Part shown: one piece after another, positions 26,731-34,671 of the stretch
How positions within the stretch are numbered: the first letter of the stretch is position 1
How the letters are laid out: each line of letters starts with the position of its first letter
IMG/VR virus record: IMGVR_UViG_3300044452_000332
Span: 1-39,763 of that record
Origin: a virus
Taxonomy: Duplodnaviria; Caudoviricetes
Length of the DNA stretch: 39,763 nucleotides
Direction: 5' to 3' (one strand)
Translations under genes and position numbers: made by a program
The notes under the pieces: model-generated
What the model saw: the letters and a program-made list of their open reading frames with translations, nothing else
Told to the model about the DNA's origin: nothing
Database searches by the model: none

Positions 26731-29215
26731 CCCCGCCATCGAGCGCGTCGTGGAACGCGAAAAAACTTTGCGTGAGCCAGTCACGCTTGGTGACCGCGCG
26801 GTCTGGCTGTAAGGCCGCCTGGGTGCCGGTGGCACAGCGCTTCAGGCTTTCGGCCATGTCGGTGGCGCTGGGTACGACCATTCGCCGGATCTTGTTCTGC
26901 CGATCGCGGAAGTTGTCCCAGGTGTTCTGGTTCTCGCCCGCTGACCAGCCCCTGATCTTCTTGCAGTGCCCGGTCAGATGCTTGGCGGCCAGCTCGCGCT
27001 CGCCGTTGGCATGGCACCACTTGCGGTAGGCCGCATAGAGGTCTGAGCCCAGGCAGGGGCAGAACGGCAGGGGTTTGCCGTCCCTCCCCTCGATGTCGAG
27101 GTTCTGCCAGTCCCGCACAAAGCGGTCGACGCTGTTGCGGCCGTAGTCGATGAGGTCGCCCTTGGACTTGGTCATGGGCGGCTTCGTCCAGGGCTTGAAG
27201 TCGCCGAGGTCGACATCGAGCAGGTACTGGTGCAGCGCGGCGAGCCCGCCGTTGGCCAGCTCGGCACCGAGGCGGCTGTAGTAGTCCTGGTCCAGCGGGG
27301 GGCTGGTCCAGATGACGCAGTGCCGGCGGTCGTCGTTCTCGAGCACCAGCGGCTGGCGTTCGTTGGAGAGGAACACCATGTTCATGTGGTTCCGCTCGCG
27401 ATACGCCGGTAGGTTCTTCGGGTTGACGCGGATCCACTCCTGCGTGATGAAGCCCTTGAGCAGGTTCTTGATGTGGTGCATCTCCTGCCGGGCAACGATC
27501 TCGTCCGCGACGATGAAGAGCTTGCGCGCGGCCCAGTCGCTGTTGAACTTGTCCTCGATGGCGCCCTGGTTGAGCACCATGGAGTAGTCCCCGTAGATCC
27601 GGGCGATGGCCTCGAAGATGATGGACTTGCCGGTGCCCTGCGGGCCGTGCACGACCAGGGCGGTCTGCATTTTCGCGCCGGGGTGCTGCAGCGGGTAGGC
27701 CAGCCAACGGATGACCCAGTCGAAGATCTCCTCGCTGTTCTCTTCGCCCTGGCAAAGGTGTCGGAGCAGATCGAGGGCGAGCTCGCACTCGCCACGTTGC
27801 GGCTTGCTGGGCCAGCCCTTCCAGGTGTTGATCTTGAGACGGGTGTCCGTGCCGGCGGGGTCAAAGCCCACCTGGTCGAGGTAGTAGCTGCCGCGGTTGA
27901 TCCACATGGGGTGGCGCTTGACGTCGTCCAGTTTCAGGCCAGCAGCGAGCAGCGCGACCATCTGCTTTTTGAGGACGAGCTTCTGTGACCAGGTGTCGAA
28001 GACGGTCTCGCCGGTGCCGTCGTCGATGGGGATGAAGCGCTCCACCAGGGCGTCCAGTGCCATGACGGAGACGGCCGCTTTGCGGCTATCCCCCTCGCCC
28101 CCGTGTTGGGCTGATGGCGCGGTGAGCCCAGCGAGCTTGTCGACGGCGCCAGCCTCGGTCAGCCCTGCGAGCAGCTGCGCCCGGACGTGGTGCGCGCCAC
28201 CCTGCGGGTGGCAGGCGAGGTCGTTGTAGTCGGTGATCTTGGCGTTGGCGCGATCGAAGGGCCATTGCGGGATCAGCACGAAGCCGTTGACCGCATGGGC
28301 GGCGGCCTTGGCGGCCTCGACGCCCGGATTCTTCTGCCCGTGCTCGGCGCCGCAGTGTTCGCACGTCGGCTCTTCGACGTGGGTGTACTTGCCGCAGTCA
28401 CGCTGGCGGCACTTCTGCCGGTAGTCGTCGTCCGCCAGGAAGCCGAGGCGAATCCCCGGGTAGGCAGCCACCAAGGCCTTGGCGACGTGGATCAGGTTGC
28501 CGGCGTCAAAGGCGACAGCGACGGGCACCCCTCCCCCCTGCGAGTAGGCCGTTGCGGCGGTGGCGTAGCCCTCTGCGATGAGCGTGACACCGCCAGCGCG
28601 AGGCGCACCCAGAAGGTGGAAGTGGCCGACCTTCTCCAGCCCCTTCGGCCAGTATTCCTTGGCGAGCTGGCTGCGGGCCTCCGCCCGGATGATCTGCAGG
28701 CCCCAGATCCGGCCCGAGGTGTCCTGCATCGGCACGGCCAGAGTGCCGTTGCCGCTCGGCGAGAAGCGGACCCCATAAGCAGCGACCTGCTTGGCCACCA
28801 GGTAGGGGGATTCGCCGTCCGGCAGGTAAGCGGCCCAGGCCTTCTGTGCACGGGCGGCGGCACGCTTCGCTTCGGCCAGGCGCTCGGCCTTCGCCCGCTT
28901 GACGATGGCGCGGTGCCGCTCGGCCATCGCCTGCAGCTGCTCGCGCGTCACGTCGAGGCGGCGCGACAGCTTCACCTTACCGCGGAAGTTCTCCGCGCCG
29001 CGCCAGATCCCGAAACCGCCGGTGATGTAGAGAGAGGCAGTGCCTGCCTCATCGCGCAGCTCGATGTCCGTCAGCCAGTACCAGCCCCGTTTCTCGCGGT
29101 CGCCTTGGGTCTCCTTGCACCGTACCGGCCGGTTCGTGTTGACCTGCAGGTGGTCGACCTGCAGCCCGAAGGCCTGCAGCTGAAGGAGGACGTCGTCGTA
29201 GTTGACGTAGTTCAA
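26723..29215 (-). CDS. Primase-helicase (Toprim + SF3/DUF5906-like helicase + C-terminal wHTH-like domain)
   Basis: IAEGYATA..VAFDAGNL..ADDD Toprim; Walker A GPQGTGKS, IVADE; TTG 29215 preferred over 29284. Confidence 0.9.
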   Translation of the reverse strand: MNYVNYDDVLLQLQAFGLQVDHLQVNTNRPVRCKETQGDREKRGWYWLTDIELRDEAGTASLYITGGFGIWRGAENFRGKVKLSRRLDVTREQLQAMAERHRAIVKRAKAERLAEAKRAAARAQKAWAAYLPDGESPYLVAKQVAAYGVRFSPSGNGTLAVPMQDTSGRIWGLQIIRAEARSQLAKEYWPKGLEKVGHFHLLGAPRAGGVTLIAEGYATAATAYSQGGGVPVAVAFDAGNLIHVAKALVAAYPGIRLGFLADDDYRQKCRQRDCGKYTHVEEPTCEHCGAEHGQKNPGVEAAKAAAHAVNGFVLIPQWPFDRANAKITDYNDLACHPQGGAHHVRAQLLAGLTEAGAVDKLAGLTAPSAQHGGEGDSRKAAVSVMALDALVERFIPIDDGTGETVFDTWSQKLVLKKQMVALLAAGLKLDDVKRHPMWINRGSYYLDQVGFDPAGTDTRLKINTWKGWPSKPQRGECELALDLLRHLCQGEENSEEIFDWVIRWLAYPLQHPGAKMQTALVVHGPQGTGKSIIFEAIARIYGDYSMVLNQGAIEDKFNSDWAARKLFIVADEIVARQEMHHIKNLLKGFITQEWIRVNPKNLPAYRERNHMNMVFLSNERQPLVLENDDRRHCVIWTSPPLDQDYYSRLGAELANGGLAALHQYLLDVDLGDFKPWTKPPMTKSKGDLIDYGRNSVDRFVRDWQNLDIEGRDGKPLPFCPCLGSDLYAAYRKWCHANGERELAAKHLTGHCKKIRGWSAGENQNTWDNFRDRQNKIRRMVVPSATDMAESLKRCATGTQAALQPDRAVTKRDWLTQSFFAFHDALDGGAQ

Positions 29216-29295
29216 GCGCCCTGCCCCGCCCTCGCCACGCACGCCGGCGACAGTCCCAGCGAGCCCAGGGTTGTCACTGCACACCCTTCACGCCC

Positions 29296-29350
29296 TAGCG
29301 GAACCTCGCACCCTTCCGCACCCGTGATTGAGGCGAGCCAGGGAGGACCC
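29296..29350 (-). other. Lambda-like cos site (cosQ + cosN); predicted 12-nt cohesive end GGTGCGGAAGGG (29311-29322)
   Basis: Minus strand GGGTCCT-21 nt ending ACG-12mer-TGCGAGGTTCCGCTA vs lambda GGGTCCT-23 nt ending ACG-GGGCGGCGACCT-CGCGGGTTTTCGCTA. Confidence 0.65.
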
Positions 29351-29452
29351 AAATCCCGCAGTCTCTTCTGTTGCTGATGCAACCAACGCAACGCCAAAGA
29401 CTGACAGCGTCGACCACCTACTAAGGGGTGCGGGGCCATGGTCGTTGGGGAC

Positions 29453-29677
29453 TCAGCGCGGGCGCGAGAAGTGCTGCTGCTGGCGTGCCGCCAACTCTGC
29501 GCAGTCGATGCAGCAGCGGCAGCCGGGCACGGCTGTTCGACGTCTTTCAGGTATCAGCGCGCCGCAGTGGCAGTGGGTCGGGCGAGCGGTTGGCGCAGCG
29601 ATACGCGCAGCCTGGTTGATCTGCTCAGCACGGCGCGCCTCCAGCTCCTGCACTCGGTCAATGAAGTCGGGCATCAC
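29453..29677 (-). CDS. TraR/DksA C4-type zinc finger protein
   Basis: PDFIDRVQELE..CHCGALIPERRRTAVPGCRCCIDC. Confidence 0.9.
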   Translation of the reverse strand: MMPDFIDRVQELEARRAEQINQAARIAAPTARPTHCHCGALIPERRRTAVPGCRCCIDCAELAARQQQHFSRPR

Positions 29678-29994
29678 TCGTCCCCTTCGTTGAGCAGCTC
29701 GGGCGAGTGTTCGGCGACGTGTCGATATAGCCGACGCAGGAAGTCGATCTCCTCACGGCGCACGCAGACGCGGCGCTGGTCGACGGCCTTCAACCCGGCC
29801 AGCTTCACCAGCTTCTCGACGTCCGACAACTTCAGGGCTGCTGTACCTGAGAGCACCTTGCCAACATGGCTTGCATCGACCGCGATCTCGGCGGCGATCA
29901 CTTTGTTGGGCAGGCTTTCCAGCCGGTTCCGGAGGATTCCGGCGAATTCCATTGGGCTGGAATTAGGGGTCGAGCAAGATGCAGCCATGGACAT
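29674..29994 (-). CDS. CII-like transcriptional regulator
   Basis: HTH NKVIAAEIAVDASHVGKV..LAGLKAV; position after cro and terminator; start uncertain (29994/29988/later). Confidence 0.6.
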   Translation of the reverse strand: MSMAASCSTPNSSPMEFAGILRNRLESLPNKVIAAEIAVDASHVGKVLSGTAALKLSDVEKLVKLAGLKAVDQRRVCVRREEIDFLRRLYRHVAEHSPELLNEGDE

Positions 29995-30013
29995 TTGGCA
30001 GGCCCTCAACGCG

Positions 30014-30043
30014 AAAAGAAAACCCGCAGCAGAGCGCTGCGGG
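30014..30043 (-). terminator. Intrinsic terminator between cro genes and cII
   Basis: CCCGCAGC-GCTCT-GCTGCGGG followed by TTTTCTTTT. Confidence 0.8.
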
Positions 30044-30091
30044 AGTGGGTCGTGGGCAGGGCGCCCACGTCGAGGAGAACGTGCTGCAGGC

Positions 30092-30577
30092 TCATTCGCT
30101 GAGGCCCCCGCTGATCTCATCGGCAGAGATCAGGTAGCCAACGACATGACCCTTGTCATCCCGCTGCCAATCAAGCCAGGGGCACGAGCTCTCGACTGGC
30201 ACGTCGTAAAGACGTTCCAGCGCCAGGGCCATGCGTGGCGACACAGGCTTGCGGCCAGTCAGCACGTGACTGACGAAGCCCTGAGTGCAGCCGATCTGAT
30301 CGGCAATCGCCTGCTGGCCGTGCTGATCAACCAGCGTTTTCAGGGGGGACTTCTCCCGCGATTTTGGCCGTATGACATCCCATGGCAGATCAGGCAGCAG
30401 CTCTTCGCAGCGAACAGCGCCGGCAGTGGCCTGTTCGATGCGCATAGCCATTTCAGGTCTGAGCGGGCGACGGCCCTCTCGCAGTTGCCACGCGTAGGAG
30501 TCCGAGACCCCGAGAGCTTTTGCAAGACGGGCGTTACCGCCCAGCGCAGAACAAGCCTTTCGCATCGATTCAGACAT
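30092..30577 (-). CDS. Tandem two-domain YdaS/Cro-like HTH protein
   Basis: GGNARLAKALGVS..IEQATAGAVRCEELLPDLPW and GQQAIADQIGCTQGFVS..LERLYDVPVESSCPWLDW. Confidence 0.8.
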   Translation of the reverse strand: MSESMRKACSALGGNARLAKALGVSDSYAWQLREGRRPLRPEMAMRIEQATAGAVRCEELLPDLPWDVIRPKSREKSPLKTLVDQHGQQAIADQIGCTQGFVSHVLTGRKPVSPRMALALERLYDVPVESSCPWLDWQRDDKGHVVGYLISADEISGGLSE

Positions 30578-30814
30578 TCAGATCAACTCCACTCCTTCGC
30601 CTACATCGCGAGCTGGCGGCGAGGCGGCGGGAACCGCACAGAGGAGCCAATCTGGGACCTCACGAGAGCGCCTGATCAGAGCTGCGATGACCCTATCCAC
30701 TAAACGTTGGGGCAACTGCTCTGGCCACTTGCTTATGGCCTGCGAAGAGCAGCCCAAAGCAGCGGCAAGATCCGACGGCCCATCGAAGAGAGCGAGCACT
30801 TTGCACTTATCCAT
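30578..30814 (-). CDS. cro: Cro-like repressor (N15/P22 type)
   Basis: MDKCKVLALFDGPSDLAAALGCSSQAISKWPEQLP; divergent from cI; ATG 30814. Confidence 0.8.
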   Translation of the reverse strand: MDKCKVLALFDGPSDLAAALGCSSQAISKWPEQLPQRLVDRVIAALIRRSREVPDWLLCAVPAASPPARDVGEGVELI

Positions 30815-30821
30815 ACGGCGC

Positions 30822-30850
30822 AGAGTAACTCCAGTTGCTCGCTCATGCAA
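30822..30850 (-). promoter_or_regulatory. PR-like promoter with operator
   Basis: TTGCAT-17 nt-TACTCT; operator GTAACTCCAGTTGC 30825-30838 overlaps spacer and -10. Confidence 0.75.
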
Positions 30851-30884
30851 TCACAAGCGCGGCTAGACGGGCAAAACTTCCAAT

Positions 30885-31433
30885 ATGAGAACAGGACGCG
30901 CGGAAAGGATTCACCAGAGGCGCCTAGCACTAAAGCTGGCACCAGCTGAGCTAGCTGCAAAAGTCGGGGTCAGCCGGCAGGCCGTACTGAAGTGGGAGTC
31001 AGACGACACGGTAGCAATGACTGCCGAGAACCTCTTTGCTCTAGCCGCCGTCCTTGGTGTTACAGCGCACTGGCTGCACCATGGCTATCAAAGCTCGGAG
31101 GACATTGAATTCCTACGCGATCTTGGTAGCAAGACCGGATTGTTGGACGGTGATGAGAATGATGCAGAGGTGCTCCAGGTGATGGAGCCGCGTCTTGTTT
31201 ACCTGATCAATCCAGCCTCGGCCTCACAGCAAAACCAAACCACTGATCGACAGCTGACCACCAGGCTTTTGGATCTATTGGAGTGGTGCGACAGCAACCT
31301 CGGCCCGGGCACCATGGCATCGATGAAGGTCCGCAAAGATATCGCCGAAGCCCTGGACGCGGTGGGACACAAGATCAAGCGCAGGCTACCGACGTCTTGC
31401 GAGGGATCAGAACCTGCTGATGCTACGGACTAA
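30885..31433 (+). CDS. cI: CI-like repressor (XRE HTH) without S24 peptidase domain
   Basis: RIHQRRLALKL..ELAAKVGVSRQAVLKWE..LAAVLGVTAHWL; no LexA-type catalytic motifs seen. Confidence 0.8.
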   Translation: MRTGRAERIHQRRLALKLAPAELAAKVGVSRQAVLKWESDDTVAMTAENLFALAAVLGVTAHWLHHGYQSSEDIEFLRDLGSKTGLLDGDENDAEVLQVMEPRLVYLINPASASQQNQTTDRQLTTRLLDLLEWCDSNLGPGTMASMKVRKDIAEALDAVGHKIKRRLPTSCEGSEPADATD

Positions 31434-31589
31434 GCCGTAGCAACCAGCTTCAGAAAGCGCCACGAACGCCACTCGATCTCCACAGAAAACGATGTATACA
31501 TCATCGAGCAAGGTCAGCTCGCACCGATGAAGGTCCGTAGCGCTCGCGGAGCAGGATAGAACGAAAGCGGCAAGACAGAAGCGGCGCAT
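31407..31589 (-). CDS. Possible small exported Cys-containing protein
   Basis: MRRFCLAAFVLSCSASA signal-peptide-like; convergent with cI. Confidence 0.35.
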   Translation of the reverse strand: MRRFCLAAFVLSCSASATDLHRCELTLLDDVYIVFCGDRVAFVALSEAGCYGLVRSISRF

Positions 31590-31635
31590 GACTAGGCTGC
31601 AAGCCGATGGGGTTCAGATTATTTCGACCCTGTCT

Positions 31636-31691
31636 GTAACTTTGGTTGCACTCTGCTGCATCTGGCGATATGCTCCTGTAACTCAAGTTGC
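31636..31691 (+). promoter_or_regulatory. PL-like promoter with two operators
   Basis: TTGCAC(31646)-17 nt-TATGCT(31669); operators GTAACTTTGGTTGC 31636-31649 and GTAACTCAAGTTGC 31678-31691. Confidence 0.8.
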
Positions 31692-31702
31692 AGGAGCGAA
31701 AG

Positions 31703-31933
31703 ATGCAACCCGCCGAACACACCACCCTCCTCGTCGAGCTGCACTGCCGCAACAAGGTCGCCGTCCAGGCTGCCCTATCGACGCTGACCACGCTCGCTGA
31801 GACCAACGGCGTCCAGGTCGCCGAGCCCGAGGTCTGGGTCCAGCGCGCACCCCGCGGCCTACGCGACCGCATCGGCGTCTGGTTTGGGGAGCGCCGGTAC
31901 CAGCGCGTCACGCTCAGCGAGGTGCAGGCGTGA
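31703..31933 (+). CDS. Early hypothetical protein
   Basis: ATG 31703 after AGGAG. Confidence 0.7.
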   Translation: MQPAEHTTLLVELHCRNKVAVQAALSTLTTLAETNGVQVAEPEVWVQRAPRGLRDRIGVWFGERRYQRVTLSEVQA

Positions 31934-32139
31934 GCGACGCTGCCCGCATCGGCCTCGGCGAGCGCAGCGCCGCCATCCTCTGGGACGGCGCCGACGCCCA
32001 CAACCTTGAGATCACCGAGCTGACCGAGGTCTTCAAGGGCGACCTGCGCATGGTCGTGGCGGACGTCAGGGACCGCGACACGGGCGAGCGCTACCTGCTG
32101 ACGGCCACCCGCATCGAAGCCGGCAAGGCGGGCACCTGA
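31930..32139 (+). CDS. Hypothetical protein
   Basis: GTGA overlap, 69 aa. Confidence 0.65.
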   Translation: MSDAARIGLGERSAAILWDGADAHNLEITELTEVFKGDLRMVVADVRDRDTGERYLLTATRIEAGKAGT

Positions 32140-32285
32140 TGCGCCCGCTCTCGATCGCCATCCGCGCCACCGACCACCCGGCACACGCGCGCTTGGTGGA
32201 CGTACTCCGCCCCCTCATCGCCCAGGGCTACCGCCTGCGCCAGACGCGCCGCGGCCTGCTGGCCATCCGGGAGCGCCGCCCGTGA
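32139..32285 (+). CDS. Small basic hypothetical protein (48 aa, not in ORF track)
   Basis: MRPLSIAIRATDHP...RERRP; TGATG and GTGA overlaps fill the gap exactly. Confidence 0.55.
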   Translation: MRPLSIAIRATDHPAHARLVDVLRPLIAQGYRLRQTRRGLLAIRERRP

Positions 32286-32554
32286 ACTCCGTCCGCTCCG
32301 CGCTGGTCAGCGCTGCGCTGCGCCGCACGCTGGAGCTGGACATCGGCTACTACCGCGCCATCGCGCGTCGGCTGGAGGAGCAGGTCCAGCTTTGGCGGGA
32401 TCTCGCCGCCGAACCCGGCATCAGTGAGCAGCTGCGCACTGGGCGCCTGCAGTACGCCGACTATGACCAGGAGCGCGCCGCCATCCACCGCCAGCGCCAG
32501 CGTGCGCTAGAGCGCGAGCTGGCGGAGCTGGACGCCCGCGAGGCCCAGGCGTGA
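32282..32554 (+). CDS. Coiled-coil hypothetical protein
   Basis: 90 aa, overlapping start/stop. Confidence 0.65.
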   Translation: MNSVRSALVSAALRRTLELDIGYYRAIARRLEEQVQLWRDLAAEPGISEQLRTGRLQYADYDQERAAIHRQRQRALERELAELDAREAQA

Positions 32555-32964
32555 GCGCCCGCCGCGGCCACAAAGGCGCCTACGGCCGGCACGTCGGCAA
32601 GCGCGCCCGCCGGTGGAAGCGCGGCGTGCCCTGCCGCTGCAGCGTCTGCGGCCGTCGCCGCACCCTTAGCCAACGGCCGGAGGACTACCACCAGCGCCAG
32701 CGCGCCACCTGCTGCGGTCGCCTGCTTCGCGTGGACTGGTACCGATGGACCGGCGCCGAGAACCTCGGCCAGACCTGCACCTGCAAGGGCTATCACAGCC
32801 TCACCTACGGCCAGGCATTCCCCCATCGCCGCGGCAGCCTGTTCTGCCGCCACGGCGGCGCCGGATGGGCAGCGGGCTTCATGTTCGTCGATCGCGGCAG
32901 CGACGAGTTTATCGACTGGTGCCGCGCCGGCATGCCCCCGCGCCGCTGGGAGCACGCCGCGTGA
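32551..32964 (+). CDS. Cys/His-rich basic putative zinc-binding protein
   Basis: CRCSVC, TCCG, CTC..YH..FPHRRGSLFC. Confidence 0.6.
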   Translation: MSARRGHKGAYGRHVGKRARRWKRGVPCRCSVCGRRRTLSQRPEDYHQRQRATCCGRLLRVDWYRWTGAENLGQTCTCKGYHSLTYGQAFPHRRGSLFCRHGGAGWAAGFMFVDRGSDEFIDWCRAGMPPRRWEHAA

Positions 32965-33203
32965 GCCCCGCCCAGGTCCCCATCACCTGGCAGATCGCCG
33001 CGCTGCAGCGCGAGATCGCCGCCAAAGAGGCGCGCTACCCCGCCCTCATCGCCGCCGGCCGCATCCAACCCGCTGCGGCCGAGATGCAGCTGCGGGACCT
33101 CAAAGCCGCGCTCGCCACCCTGCGCCGCGTCTGCGCACTCGACCCGCTTTTCACCCCCGGCGGCACTGCCCCGCCACCACCCCCGCCGCATTTCGCGGCC
33201 TGA
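32961..33203 (+). CDS. Hypothetical protein
   Basis: GTG 32961; QIAALQREIAAKEARYPALIAAGRI. Confidence 0.65.
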   Translation: MSPAQVPITWQIAALQREIAAKEARYPALIAAGRIQPAAAEMQLRDLKAALATLRRVCALDPLFTPGGTAPPPPPPHFAA

Positions 33204-33216
33204 CCCGGAGCGCCTC

Positions 33217-34671
33217 ATGCCCGACACCAGCTCGGCCGATATTTCGCCGGCGAAAGCCGCCCCCAGCTTCGCGCTGCTCACCCCCGCGCAGATCGCGCCA
33301 GACCCCGACCAGCCGCGAAAGACCTTTGACGAATCTGCCCTCACCGAGTTGGCCAACAGCATCGGCGAGCACGGCGTCATCGAACCCGTCATCGTCCGCC
33401 CGGTGAGCGACCCGGGAGATGTCACGCACGACGTGACACATACCCTCATCGCCGGCGAACGCCGCTGGCGAGCAGCGCAGCTCGCCGGCCTCGCGCAGAT
33501 CCCCGCCATCATCCGCACAGATCTCGCGGGCGAGGATCTCGCCGTCGTCCAGGTCCTCGAAAACCTGCAGCGCGCCGACCTCACCCTGCCCGAAACCGCC
33601 GCCGGCGTCGCCAAGCTGGTCGCCGCCATGGGCACCGGCAAAACCGCACGGCAGCTCGGCAAGAGCGAAGGCTGGGTCAGCAAGCACGCCCGCCTGAGCG
33701 ACCTGCCCGAGTGCATCACCGCCTGCATCGATGCCGGCACGCTCACCAGCGCCGACATGGCGCATGACCTCAAGCGGATGATGGACCTGGTCGACGAACT
33801 GGGTGGGGCCTACCACTACTCCCGCGACCAGCTCCTGGACGAGGCCGCAGATGGCACGCTCACCCGCGTTCAGCTCCGGTCTGCTCTCGACAACTTCAAG
33901 CGTTTCGTCGAGAACAAGCGCCGCGAGGCGAAAGAGCGGGAAGAGCGCGAGCAGCACGCTAGCAACGCAGCCGCCGGCACATTCAACCTGAGCCCCGAAC
34001 AGCAGCGCGAGGATGCTGCAGAGACTGCCCGCCGTGAGGCCGCGTATCGCGCCGAAGAAGAGCAGCGCGCCGCCCGCGACGCCGCAATACAGGCCTATCG
34101 GGATGCTGCGCAACCCTTGATGACCCGGCTTTACCTAGACCTTTGCGCCGCGACCGGCGTGACTCCCCAGACCTACGACGACGCGCCCGAGGAATACCTA
34201 TGGGAGCACCACGACCTGGATGAGCCCGGAATTGCTGAAGCGCGAGAGGTCAGCCGCTGGCTGCGAGACGAGGACATCCCCCCGCCCGAGGCCTTCGAGC
34301 AGCGCCTGCTCGCCGTCAACCTGCCCCTGCTGCCCGCGCAGCTGCGACGCCTCATCGCAGTCCTGCCCGACATCCTCGCCGAGCCCGTCGCAGCCGATCA
34401 CGCCCCGATACCGCAGACCGAGAACGAGCCGCACCCCGCCCTCCCGGCCCAATTCGCCGCGTGGTGCGAGCAGCACCTGATCAAAGACGAGACCGCCCGC
34501 GTCCAGTGCGTCGACGTGCACCAGGCCTTCAACGCCACCCTCATCGAAGCCGAACGCATCAGCCTCACCAGCAACCGCTGGTCAGAGCTCGCCGAGCGTG
34601 CCGGTCTCACCAAGAAGCGCTTCAAGACCGGCTACGCCTACCTGGGCGTGCGGATGGGGGTCTGTGAATGA
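33217..34671 (+). CDS. ParB/Spo0J-family protein with C-terminal wHTH-like domain
   Basis: PDPDQPRKTFD..GVIEPVIVR..LIAGERRWRAA..ENLQRADL; HTH; no parA partner. Confidence 0.9.
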   Translation: MPDTSSADISPAKAAPSFALLTPAQIAPDPDQPRKTFDESALTELANSIGEHGVIEPVIVRPVSDPGDVTHDVTHTLIAGERRWRAAQLAGLAQIPAIIRTDLAGEDLAVVQVLENLQRADLTLPETAAGVAKLVAAMGTGKTARQLGKSEGWVSKHARLSDLPECITACIDAGTLTSADMAHDLKRMMDLVDELGGAYHYSRDQLLDEAADGTLTRVQLRSALDNFKRFVENKRREAKEREEREQHASNAAAGTFNLSPEQQREDAAETARREAAYRAEEEQRAARDAAIQAYRDAAQPLMTRLYLDLCAATGVTPQTYDDAPEEYLWEHHDLDEPGIAEAREVSRWLRDEDIPPPEAFEQRLLAVNLPLLPAQLRRLIAVLPDILAEPVAADHAPIPQTENEPHPALPAQFAAWCEQHLIKDETARVQCVDVHQAFNATLIEAERISLTSNRWSELAERAGLTKKRFKTGYAYLGVRMGVCE

